Assembly: GCA_000004985.1 (NCBI GenBank)
Contig: GG738869.1
Strand: one strand, 5' to 3'
From: Naegleria gruberi
Lineage: Eukaryota
Length of the DNA stretch: 64,000 nt
The position numbers and the translations under genes are program-made. The notes under the pieces were generated by a model that made no database searches, was not told the origin of the DNA, and saw nothing but the letters and a program-made list of their open reading frames with translations. This document shows positions 43,601 through 55,600 of the stretch, piece by piece (position 1 is the first letter of the stretch; each line of letters starts with the position of its first letter).

Positions 43601-46600
43601 NNNNNNNNNNNNNNNNNNNNNNNNNNNNNNNNNNNNNNNNNNNNNNNNNNNNNNNNNNNNNNNNNNNNNNNNNNNNNNNNNNNNNNNNNNNNNNNNNNNN
43701 NNNNNNNNNNNNNNNNNNNNNNNNNNNNNNNNNNNNNNNNNNNNNNNNNNNNNNNNNNNNNNNNNNNNNNNNNNNNNNNNNNNNNNNNNNNNNNNNNNNN
43801 NNNNNNNNNNNNNNNNNNNNNNNNNNNNNNNNNNNNNNNNNNNNNNNNNNNNNNNNNNNNNNNNNNNNNNNNNNNNNNNNNNNNNNNNNNNNNNNNNNNN
43901 NNNNNNNNNNNNNNNNNNNNNNNNNNNNNNNNNNNNNNNNNNNNNNNNNNNNNNNNNNNNNNNNNNNNNNNNNNNNNNNNNNNNNNNNNNNNNNNNNNNN
44001 NNNNNNNNNNNNNNNNNNNNNNNNNNNNNNNNNNNNNNNNNNNNNNNNNNNNNNNNNNNNNNNNNNNNNNNNNNNNNNNNNNNNNNNNNNNNNNNNNNNN
44101 NNNNNNNNNNNNNNNNNNNNNNNNNNNNNNNNNNNNNNNNNNNNNNNNNNNNNNNNNNNNNNNNNNNNNNNNNNNNNNNNNNNNNNNNNNNNNNNNNNNN
44201 NNNNNNNNNNNNNNNNNNNNNNNNNNNNNNNNNNNNNNNNNNNNNNNNNNNNNNNNNNNNNNNNNNNNNNNNNNNNNNNNNNNNNNNNNNNNNNNNNNNN
44301 NNNNNNNNNNNNNNNNNNNNNNNNNNNNNNNNNNNNNNNNNNNNNNNNNNNNNNNNNNNNNNNNNNNNNNNNNNNNNNNNNNNNNNNNNNNNNNNNNNNN
44401 NNNNNNNNNNNNNNNNNNNNNNNNNNNNNNNNNNNNNNNNNNNNNNNNNNNNNNNNNNNNNNNNNNNNNNNNNNNNNNNNNNNNNNNNNNNNNNNNNNNN
44501 NNNNNNNNNNNNNNNNNNNNNNNNNNNNNNNNNNNNNNNNNNNNNNNNNNNNNNNNNNNNNNNNNNNNNNNNNNNNNNNNNNNNNNNNNNNNNNNNNNNN
44601 NNNNNNNNNNNNNNNNNNNNNNNNNNNNNNNNNNNNNNNNNNNNNNNNNNNNNNNNNNNNNNNNNNNNNNNNNNNNNNNNNNNNNNNNNNNNNNNNNNNN
44701 NNNNNNNNNNNNNNNNNNNNNNNNNNNNNNNNNNNNNNNNNNNNNNNNNNNNNNNNNNNNNNNNNNNNNNNNNNNNNNNNNNNNNNNNNNNNNNNNNNNN
44801 NNNNNNNNNNNNNNNNNNNNNNNNNNNNNNNNNNNNNNNNNNNNNNNNNNNNNNNNNNNNNNNNNNNNNNNNNNNNNNNNNNNNNNNNNNNNNNNNNNNN
44901 NNNNNNNNNNNNNNNNNNNNNNNNNNNNNNNNNNNNNNNNNNNNNNNNNNNNNNNNNNNNNNNNNNNNNNNNNNNNNNNNNNNNNNNNNNNNNNNNNNNN
45001 NNNNNNNNNNNNNNNNNNNNNNNNNNNNNNNNNNNNNNNNNNNNNNNNNNNNNNNNNNNNNNNNNNNNNNNNNNNNNNNNNNNNNNNNNNNNNNNNNNNN
45101 NNNNNNNNNNNNNNNNNNNNNNNNNNNNNNNNNNNNNNNNNNNNNNNNNNNNNNNNNNNNNNNNNNNNNNNNNNNNNNNNNNNNNNNNNNNNNNNNNNNN
45201 NNNNNNNNNNNNNNNNNNNNNNNNNNNNNNNNNNNNNNNNNNNNNNNNNNNNNNNNNNNNNNNNNNNNNNNNNNNNNNNNNNNNNNNNNNNNNNNNNNNN
45301 NNNNNNNNNNNNNNNNNNNNNNNNNNNNNNNNNNNNNNNNNNNNNNNNNNNNNNNNNNNNNNNNNNNNNNNNNNNNNNNNNNNNNNNNNNNNNNNNNNNN
45401 NNNNNNNNNNNNNNNNNNNNNNNNNNNNNNNNNNNNNNNNNNNNNNNNNNNNNNNNNNNNNNNNNNNNNNNNNNNNNNNNNNNNNNNNNNNNNNNNNNNN
45501 NNNNNNNNNNNNNNNNNNNNNNNNNNNNNNNNNNNNNNNNNNNNNNNNNNNNNNNNNNNNNNNNNNNNNNNNNNNNNNNNNNNNNNNNNNNNNNNNNNNN
45601 NNNNNNNNNNNNNNNNNNNNNNNNNNNNNNNNNNNNNNNNNNNNNNNNNNNNNNNNNNNNNNNNNNNNNNNNNNNNNNNNNNNNNNNNNNNNNNNNNNNN
45701 NNNNNNNNNNNNNNNNNNNNNNNNNNNNNNNNNNNNNNNNNNNNNNNNNNNNNNNNNNNNNNNNNNNNNNNNNNNNNNNNNNNNNNNNNNNNNNNNNNNN
45801 NNNNNNNNNNNNNNNNNNNNNNNNNNNNNNNNNNNNNNNNNNNNNNNNNNNNNNNNNNNNNNNNNNNNNNNNNNNNNNNNNNNNNNNNNNNNNNNNNNNN
45901 NNNNNNNNNNNNNNNNNNNNNNNNNNNNNNNNNNNNNNNNNNNNNNNNNNNNNNNNNNNNNNNNNNNNNNNNNNNNNNNNNNNNNNNNNNNNNNNNNNNN
46001 NNNNNNNNNNNNNNNNNNNNNNNNNNNNNNNNNNNNNNNNNNNNNNNNNNNNNNNNNNNNNNNNNNNNNNNNNNNNNNNNNNNNNNNNNNNNNNNNNNNN
46101 NNNNNNNNNNNNNNNNNNNNNNNNNNNNNNNNNNNNNNNNNNNNNNNNNNNNNNNNNNNNNNNNNNNNNNNNNNNNNNNNNNNNNNNNNNNNNNNNNNNN
46201 NNNNNNNNNNNNNNNNNNNNNNNNNNNNNNNNNNNNNNNNNNNNNNNNNNNNNNNNNNNNNNNNNNNNNNNNNNNNNNNNNNNNNNNNNNNNNNNNNNNN
46301 NNNNNNNNNNNNNNNNNNNNNNNNNNNNNNNNNNNNNNNNNNNNNNNNNNNNNNNNNNNNNNNNNNNNNNNNNNNNNNNNNNNNNNNNNNNNNNNNNNNN
46401 NNNNNNNNNNNNNNNNNNNNNNNNNNNNNNNNNNNNNNNNNNNNNNNNNNNNNNNNNNNNNNNNNNNNNNNNNNNNNNNNNNNNNNNNNNNNNNNNNNNN
46501 NNNNNNNNNNNNNNNNNNNNNNNNNNNNNNNNNNNNNNNNNNNNNNNNNNNNNNNNNNNNNNNNNNNNNNNNNNNNNNNNNNNNNNNNNNNNNNNNNNNN

Positions 46601-49600
46601 NNNNNNNNNNNNNNNNNNNNNNNNNNNNNNNNNNNNNNNNNNNNNNNNNNNNNNNNNNNNNNNNNNNNNNNNNNNNNNNNNNNNNNNNNNNNNNNNNNNN
46701 NNNNNNNNNNNNNNNNNNNNNNNNNNNNNNNNNNNNNNNNNNNNNNNNNNNNNNNNNNNNNNNNNNNNNNNNNNNNNNNNNNNNNNNNNNNNNNNNNNNN
46801 NNNNNNNNNNNNNNNNNNNNNNNNNNNNNNNNNNNNNNNNNNNNNNNNNNNNNNNNNNNNNNNNNNNNNNNNNNNNNNNNNNNNNNNNNNNNNNNNNNNN
46901 NNNNNNNNNNNNNNNNNNNNNNNNNNNNNNNNNNNNNNNNNNNNNNNNNNNNNNNNNNNNNNNNNNNNNNNNNNNNNNNNNNNNNNNNNNNNNNNNNNNN
47001 NNNNNNNNNNNNNNNNNNNNNNNNNNNNNNNNNNNNNNNNNNNNNNNNNNNNNNNNNNNNNNNNNNNNNNNNNNNNNNNNNNNNNNNNNNNNNNNNNNNN
47101 NNNNNNNNNNNNNNNNNNNNNNNNNNNNNNNNNNNNNNNNNNNNNNNNNNNNNNNNNNNNNNNNNNNNNNNNNNNNNNNNNNNNNNNNNNNNNNNNNNNN
47201 NNNNNNNNNNNNNNNNNNNNNNNNNNNNNNNNNNNNNNNNNNNNNNNNNNNNNNNNNNNNNNNNNNNNNNNNNNNNNNNNNNNNNNNNNNNNNNNNNNNN
47301 NNNNNNNNNNNNNNNNNNNNNNNNNNNNNNNNNNNNNNNNNNNNNNNNNNNNNNNNNNNNNNNNNNNNNNNNNNNNNNNNNNNNNNNNNNNNNNNNNNNN
47401 NNNNNNNNNNNNNNNNNNNNNNNNNNNNNNNNNNNNNNNNNNNNNNNNNNNNNNNNNNNNNNNNNNNNNNNNNNNNNNNNNNNNNNNNNNNNNNNNNNNN
47501 NNNNNNNNNNNNNNNNNNNNNNNNNNNNNNNNNNNNNNNNNNNNNNNNNNNNNNNNNNNNNNNNNNNNNNNNNNNNNNNNNNNNNNNNNNNNNNNNNNNN
47601 NNNNNNNNNNNNNNNNNNNNNNNNNNNNNNNNNNNNNNNNNNNNNNNNNNNNNNNNNNNNNNNNNNNNNNNNNNNNNNNNNNNNNNNNNNNNNNNNNNNN
47701 NNNNNNNNNNNNNNNNNNNNNNNNNNNNNNNNNNNNNNNNNNNNNNNNNNNNNNNNNNNNNNNNNNNNNNNNNNNNNNNNNNNNNNNNNNNNNNNNNNNN
47801 NNNNNNNNNNNNNNNNNNNNNNNNNNNNNNNNNNNNNNNNNNNNNNNNNNNNNNNNNNNNNNNNNNNNNNNNNNNNNNNNNNNNNNNNNNNNNNNNNNNN
47901 NNNNNNNNNNNNNNNNNNNNNNNNNNNNNNNNNNNNNNNNNNNNNNNNNNNNNNNNNNNNNNNNNNNNNNNNNNNNNNNNNNNNNNNNNNNNNNNNNNNN
48001 NNNNNNNNNNNNNNNNNNNNNNNNNNNNNNNNNNNNNNNNNNNNNNNNNNNNNNNNNNNNNNNNNNNNNNNNNNNNNNNNNNNNNNNNNNNNNNNNNNNN
48101 NNNNNNNNNNNNNNNNNNNNNNNNNNNNNNNNNNNNNNNNNNNNNNNNNNNNNNNNNNNNNNNNNNNNNNNNNNNNNNNNNNNNNNNNNNNNNNNNNNNN
48201 NNNNNNNNNNNNNNNNNNNNNNNNNNNNNNNNNNNNNNNNNNNNNNNNNNNNNNNNNNNNNNNNNNNNNNNNNNNNNNNNNNNNNNNNNNNNNNNNNNNN
48301 NNNNNNNNNNNNNNNNNNNNNNNNNNNNNNNNNNNNNNNNNNNNNNNNNNNNNNNNNNNNNNNNNNNNNNNNNNNNNNNNNNNNNNNNNNNNNNNNNNNN
48401 NNNNNNNNNNNNNNNNNNNNNNNNNNNNNNNNNNNNNNNNNNNNNNNNNNNNNNNNNNNNNNNNNNNNNNNNNNNNNNNNNNNNNNNNNNNNNNNNNNNN
48501 NNNNNNNNNNNNNNNNNNNNNNNNNNNNNNNNNNNNNNNNNNNNNNNNNNNNNNNNNNNNNNNNNNNNNNNNNNNNNNNNNNNNNNNNNNNNNNNNNNNN
48601 NNNNNNNNNNNNNNNNNNNNNNNNNNNNNNNNNNNNNNNNNNNNNNNNNNNNNNNNNNNNNNNNNNNNNNNNNNNNNNNNNNNNNNNNNNNNNNNNNNNN
48701 NNNNNNNNNNNNNNNNNNNNNNNNNNNNNNNNNNNNNNNNNNNNNNNNNNNNNNNNNNNNNNNNNNNNNNNNNNNNNNNNNNNNNNNNNNNNNNNNNNNN
48801 NNNNNNNNNNNNNNNNNNNNNNNNNNNNNNNNNNNNNNNNNNNNNNNNNNNNNNNNNNNNNNNNNNNNNNNNNNNNNNNNNNNNNNNNNNNNNNNNNNNN
48901 NNNNNNNNNNNNNNNNNNNNNNNNNNNNNNNNNNNNNNNNNNNNNNNNNNNNNNNNNNNNNNNNNNNNNNNNNNNNNNNNNNNNNNNNNNNNNNNNNNNN
49001 NNNNNNNNNNNNNNNNNNNNNNNNNNNNNNNNNNNNNNNNNNNNNNNNNNNNNNNNNNNNNNNNNNNNNNNNNNNNNNNNNNNNNNNNNNNNNNNNNNNN
49101 NNNNNNNNNNNNNNNNNNNNNNNNNNNNNNNNNNNNNNNNNNNNNNNNNNNNNNNNNNNNNNNNNNNNNNNNNNNNNNNNNNNNNNNNNNNNNNNNNNNN
49201 NNNNNNNNNNNNNNNNNNNNNNNNNNNNNNNNNNNNNNNNNNNNNNNNNNNNNNNNNNNNNNNNNNNNNNNNNNNNNNNNNNNNNNNNNNNNNNNNNNNN
49301 NNNNNNNNNNNNNNNNNNNNNNNNNNNNNNNNNNNNNNNNNNNNNNNNNNNNNNNNNNNNNNNNNNNNNNNNNNNNNNNNNNNNNNNNNNNNNNNNNNNN
49401 NNNNNNNNNNNNNNNNNNNNNNNNNNNNNNNNNNNNNNNNNNNNNNNNNNNNNNNNNNNNNNNNNNNNNNNNNNNNNNNNNNNNNNNNNNNNNNNNNNNN
49501 NNNNNNNNNNNNNNNNNNNNNNNNNNNNNNNNNNNNNNNNNNNNNNNNNNNNNNNNNNNNNNNNNNNNNNNNNNNNNNNNNNNNNNNNNNNNNNNNNNNN

Positions 49601-52600
49601 NNNNNNNNNNNNNNNNNNNNNNNNNNNNNNNNNNNNNNNNNNNNNNNNNNNNNNNNNNNNNNNNNNNNNNNNNNNNNNNNNNNNNNNNNNNNNNNNNNNN
49701 NNNNNNNNNNNNNNNNNNNNNNNNNNNNNNNNNNNNNNNNNNNNNNNNNNNNNNNNNNNNNNNNNNNNNNNNNNNNNNNNNNNNNNNNNNNNNNNNNNNN
49801 NNNNNNNNNNNNNNNNNNNNNNNNNNNNNNNNNNNNNNNNNNNNNNNNNNNNNNNNNNNNNNNNNNNNNNNNNNNNNNNNNNNNNNNNNNNNNNNNNNNN
49901 NNNNNNNNNNNNNNNNNNNNNNNNNNNNNNNNNNNNNNNNNNNNNNNNNNNNNNNNNNNNNNNNNNNNNNNNNNNNNNNNNNNNNNNNNNNNNNNNNNNN
50001 NNNNNNNNNNNNNNNNNNNNNNNNNNNNNNNNNNNNNNNNNNNNNNNNNNNNNNNNNNNNNNNNNNNNNNNNNNNNNNNNNNNNNNNNNNNNNNNNNNNN
50101 NNNNNNNNNNNNNNNNNNNNNNNNNNNNNNNNNNNNNNNNNNNNNNNNNNNNNNNNNNNNNNNNNNNNNNNNNNNNNNNNNNNNNNNNNNNNNNNNNNNN
50201 NNNNNNNNNNNNNNNNNNNNNNNNNNNNNNNNNNNNNNNNNNNNNNNNNNNNNNNNNNNNNNNNNNNNNNNNNNNNNNNNNNNNNNNNNNNNNNNNNNNN
50301 NNNNNNNNNNNNNNNNNNNNNNNNNNNNNNNNNNNNNNNNNNNNNNNNNNNNNNNNNNNNNNNNNNNNNNNNNNNNNNNNNNNNNNNNNNNNNNNNNNNN
50401 NNNNNNNNNNNNNNNNNNNNNNNNNNNNNNNNNNNNNNNNNNNNNNNNNNNNNNNNNNNNNNNNNNNNNNNNNNNNNNNNNNNNNNNNNNNNNNNNNNNN
50501 NNNNNNNNNNNNNNNNNNNNNNNNNNNNNNNNNNNNNNNNNNNNNNNNNNNNNNNNNNNNNNNNNNNNNNNNNNNNNNNNNNNNNNNNNNNNNNNNNNNN
50601 NNNNNNNNNNNNNNNNNNNNNNNNNNNNNNNNNNNNNNNNNNNNNNNNNNNNNNNNNNNNNNNNNNNNNNNNNNNNNNNNNNNNNNNNNNNNNNNNNNNN
50701 NNNNNNNNNNNNNNNNNNNNNNNNNNNNNNNNNNNNNNNNNNNNNNNNNNNNNNNNNNNNNNNNNNNNNNNNNNNNNNNNNNNNNNNNNNNNNNNNNNNN
50801 NNNNNNNNNNNNNNNNNNNNNNNNNNNNNNNNNNNNNNNNNNNNNNNNNNNNNNNNNNNNNNNNNNNNNNNNNNNNNNNNNNNNNNNNNNNNNNNNNNNN
50901 NNNNNNNNNNNNNNNNNNNNNNNNNNNNNNNNNNNNNNNNNNNNNNNNNNNNNNNNNNNNNNNNNNNNNNNNNNNNNNNNNNNNNNNNNNNNNNNNNNNN
51001 NNNNNNNNNNNNNNNNNNNNNNNNNNNNNNNNNNNNNNNNNNNNNNNNNNNNNNNNNNNNNNNNNNNNNNNNNNNNNNNNNNNNNNNNNNNNNNNNNNNN
51101 NNNNNNNNNNNNNNNNNNNNNNNNNNNNNNNNNNNNNNNNNNNNNNNNNNNNNNNNNNNNNNNNNNNNNNNNNNNNNNNNNNNNNNNNNNNNNNNNNNNN
51201 NNNNNNNNNNNNNNNNNNNNNNNNNNNNNNNNNNNNNNNNNNNNNNNNNNNNNNNNNNNNNNNNNNNNNNNNNNNNNNNNNNNNNNNNNNNNNNNNNNNN
51301 NNNNNNNNNNNNNNNNNNNNNNNNNNNNNNNNNNNNNNNNNNNNNNNNNNNNNNNNNNNNNNNNNNNNNNNNNNNNNNNNNNNNNNNNNNNNNNNNNNNN
51401 NNNNNNNNNNNNNNNNNNNNNNNNNNNNNNNNNNNNNNNNNNNNNNNNNNNNNNNNNNNNNNNNNNNNNNNNNNNNNNNNNNNNNNNNNNNNNNNNNNNN
51501 NNNNNNNNNNNNNNNNNNNNNNNNNNNNNNNNNNNNNNNNNNNNNNNNNNNNNNNNNNNNNNNNNNNNNNNNNNNNNNNNNNNNNNNNNNNNNNNNNNNN
51601 NNNNNNNNNNNNNNNNNNNNNNNNNNNNNNNNNNNNNNNNNNNNNNNNNNNNNNNNNNNNNNNNNNNNNNNNNNNNNNNNNNNNNNNNNNNNNNNNNNNN
51701 NNNNNNNNNNNNNNNNNNNNNNNNNNNNNNNNNNNNNNNNNNNNNNNNNNNNNNNNNNNNNNNNNNNNNNNNNNNNNNNNNNNNNNNNNNNNNNNNNNNN
51801 NNNNNNNNNNNNNNNNNNNNNNNNNNNNNNNNNNNNNNNNNNNNNNNNNNNNNNNNNNNNNNNNNNNNNNNNNNNNNNNNNNNNNNNNNNNNNNNNNNNN
51901 NNNNNNNNNNNNNNNNNNNNNNNNNNNNNNNNNNNNNNNNNNNNNNNNNNNNNNNNNNNNNNNNNNNNNNNNNNNNNNNNNNNNNNNNNNNNNNNNNNNN
52001 NNNNNNNNNNNNNNNNNNNNNNNNNNNNNNNNNNNNNNNNNNNNNNNNNNNNNNNNNNNNNNNNNNNNNNNNNNNNNNNNNNNNNNNNNNNNNNNNNNNN
52101 NNNNNNNNNNNNNNNNNNNNNNNNNNNNNNNNNNNNNNNNNNNNNNNNNNNNNNNNNNNNNNNNNNNNNNNNNNNNNNNNNNNNNNNNNNNNNNNNNNNN
52201 NNNNNNNNNNNNNNNNNNNNNNNNNNNNNNNNNNNNNNNNNNNNNNNNNNNNNNNNNNNNNNNNNNNNNNNNNNNNNNNNNNNNNNNNNNNNNNNNNNNN
52301 NNNNNNNNNNNNNNNNNNNNNNNNNNNNNNNNNNNNNNNNNNNNNNNNNNNNNNNNNNNNNNNNNNNNNNNNNNNNNNNNNNNNNNNNNNNNNNNNNNNN
52401 NNNNNNNNNNNNNNNNNNNNNNNNNNNNNNNNNNNNNNNNNNNNNNNNNNNNNNNNNNNNNNNNNNNNNNNNNNNNNNNNNNNNNNNNNNNNNNNNNNNN
52501 NNNNNNNNNNNNNNNNNNNNNNNNNNNNNNNNNNNNNNNNNNNNNNNNNNNNNNNNNNNNNNNNNNNNNNNNNNNNNNNNNNNNNNNNNNNNNNNNNNNN

Positions 52601-55600
52601 NNNNNNNNNNNNNNNNNNNNNNNNNNNNNNNNNNNNNNNNNNNNNNNNNNNNNNNNNNNNNNNNNNNNNNNNNNNNNNNNNNNNNNNNNNNNNNNNNNNN
52701 NNNNNNNNNNNNNNNNNNNNNNNNNNNNNNNNNNNNNNNNNNNNNNNNNNNNNNNNNNNNNNNNNNNNNNNNNNNNNNNNNNNNNNNNNNNNNNNNNNNN
52801 NNNNNNNNNNNNNNNNNNNNNNNNNNNNNNNNNNNNNNNNNNNNNNNNNNNNNNNNNNNNNNNNNNNNNNNNNNNNNNNNNNNNNNNNNNNNNNNNNNNN
52901 NNNNNNNNNNNNNNNNNNNNNNNNNNNNNNNNNNNNNNNNNNNNNNNNNNNNNNNNNNNNNNNNNNNNNNNNNNNNNNNNNNNNNNNNNNNNNNNNNNNN
53001 NNNNNNNNNNNNNNNNNNNNNNNNNNNNNNNNNNNNNNNNNNNNNNNNNNNNNNNNNNNNNNNNNNNNNNNNNNNNNNNNNNNNNNNNNNNNNNNNNNNN
53101 NNNNNNNNNNNNNNNNNNNNNNNNNNNNNNNNNNNNNNNNNNNNNNNNNNNNNNNNNNNNNNNNNNNNNNNNNNNNNNNNNNNNNNNNNNNNNNNNNNNN
53201 NNNNNNNNNNNNNNNNNNNNNNNNNNNNNNNNNNNNNNNNNNNNNNNNNNNNNNNNNNNNNNNNNNNNNNNNNNNNNNNNNNNNNNNNNNNNNNNNNNNN
53301 NNNNNNNNNNNNNNNNNNNNNNNNNNNNNNNNNNNNNNNNNNNNNNNNNNNNNNNNNNNNNNNNNNNNNNNNNNNNNNNNNNNNNNNNNNNNNNNNNNNN
53401 NNNNNNNNNNNNNNNNNNNNNNNNNNNNNNNNNNNNNNNNNNNNNNNNNNNNNNNNNNNNNNNNNNNNNNNNNNNNNNNNNNNNNNNNNNNNNNNNNNNN
53501 NNNNNNNNNNNNNNNNNNNNNNNNNNNNNNNNNNNNNNNNNNNNNNNNNNNNNNNNNNNNNNNNNNNNNNNNNNNNNNNNNNNNNNNNNNNNNNNNNNNN
53601 NNNNNNNNNNNNNNNNNNNNNNNNNNNNNNNNNNNNNNNNNNNNNNNNNNNNNNNNNNNNNNNNNNNNNNNNNNNNNNNNNNNNNNNNNNNNNNNNNNNN
53701 NNNNNNNNNNNNNNNNNNNNNNNNNNNNNNNNNNNNNNNNNNNNNNNNNNNNNNNNNNNNNNNNNNNNNNNNNNNNNNNNNNNNNNNNNNNNNNNNNNNN
53801 NNNNNNNNNNNNNNNNNNNNNNNNNNNNNNNNNNNNNNNNNNNNNNNNNNNNNNNNNNNNNNNNNNNNNNNNNNNNNNNNNNNNNNNNNNNNNNNNNNNN
53901 NNNNNNNNNNNNNNNNNNNNNNNNNNNNNNNNNNNNNNNNNNNNNNNNNNNNNNNNNNNNNNNNNNNNNNNNNNNNNNNNNNNNNNNNNNNNNNNNNNNN
54001 NNNNNNNNNNNNNNNNNNNNNNNNNNNNNNNNNNNNNNNNNNNNNNNNNNNNNNNNNNNNNNNNNNNNNNNNNNNNNNNNNNNNNNNNNNNNNNNNNNNN
54101 NNNNNNNNNNNNNNNNNNNNNNNNNNNNNNNNNNNNNNNNNNNNNNNNNNNNNNNNNNNNNNNNNNNNNNNNNNNNNNNNNNNNNNNNNNNNNNNNNNNN
54201 NNNNNNNNNNNNNNNNNNNNNNNNNNNNNNNNNNNNNNNNNNNNNNNNNNNNNNNNNNNNNNNNNNNNNNNNNNNNNNNNNNNNNNNNNNNNNNNNNNNN
54301 NNNNNNNNNNNNNNNNNNNNNNNNNNNNNNNNNNNNNNNNNNNNNNNNNNNNNNNNNNNNNNNNNNNNNNNNNNNNNNNNNNNNNNNNNNNNNNNNNNNN
54401 NNNNNNNNNNNNNNNNNNNNNNNNNNNNNNNNNNNNNNNNNNNNNNNNNNNNNNNNNNNNNNNNNNNNNNNNNNNNNNNNNNNNNNNNNNNNNNNNNNNN
54501 NNNNNNNNNNNNNNNNNNNNNNNNNNNNNNNNNNNNNNNNNNNNNNNNNNNNNNNNNNNNNNNNNNNNNNNNNNNNNNNNNNNNNNNNNNNNNNNNNNNN
54601 NNNNNNNNNNNNNNNNNNNNNNNNNNNNNNNNNNNNNNNNNNNNNNNNNNNNNNNNNNNNNNNNNNNNNNNNNNNNNNNNNNNNNNNNNNNNNNNNNNNN
54701 NNNNNNNNNNNNNNNNNNNNNNNNNNNNNNNNNNNNNNNNNNNNNNNNNNNNNNNNNNNNNNNNNNNNNNNNNNNNNNNNNNNNNNNNNNNNNNNNNNNN
54801 NNNNNNNNNNNNNNNNNNNNNNNNNNNNNNNNNNNNNNNNNNNNNNNNNNNNNNNNNNNNNNNNNNNNNNNNNNNNNNNNNNNNNNNNNNNNNNNNNNNN
54901 NNNNNNNNNNNNNNNNNNNNNNNNNNNNNNNNNNNNNNNNNNNNNNNNNNNNNNNNNNNNNNNNNNNNNNNNNNNNNNNNNNNNNNNNNNNNNNNNNNNN
55001 NNNNNNNNNNNNNNNNNNNNNNNNNNNNNNNNNNNNNNNNNNNNNNNNNNNNNNNNNNNNNNNNNNNNNNNNNNNNNNNNNNNNNNNNNNNNNNNNNNNN
55101 NNNNNNNNNNNNNNNNNNNNNNNNNNNNNNNNNNNNNNNNNNNNNNNNNNNNNNNNNNNNNNNNNNNNNNNNNNNNNNNNNNNNNNNNNNNNNNNNNNNN
55201 NNNNNNNNNNNNNNNNNNNNNNNNNNNNNNNNNNNNNNNNNNNNNNNNNNNNNNNNNNNNNNNNNNNNNNNNNNNNNNNNNNNNNNNNNNNNNNNNNNNN
55301 NNNNNNNNNNNNNNNNNNNNNNNNNNNNNNNNNNNNNNNNNNNNNNNNNNNNNNNNNNNNNNNNNNNNNNNNNNNNNNNNNNNNNNNNNNNNNNNNNNNN
55401 NNNNNNNNNNNNNNNNNNNNNNNNNNNNNNNNNNNNNNNNNNNNNNNNNNNNNNNNNNNNNNNNNNNNNNNNNNNNNNNNNNNNNNNNNNNNNNNNNNNN
55501 NNNNNNNNNNNNNNNNNNNNNNNNNNNNNNNNNNNNNNNNNNNNNNNNNNNNNNNNNNNNNNNNNNNNNNNNNNNNNNNNNNNNNNNNNNNNNNNNNNNN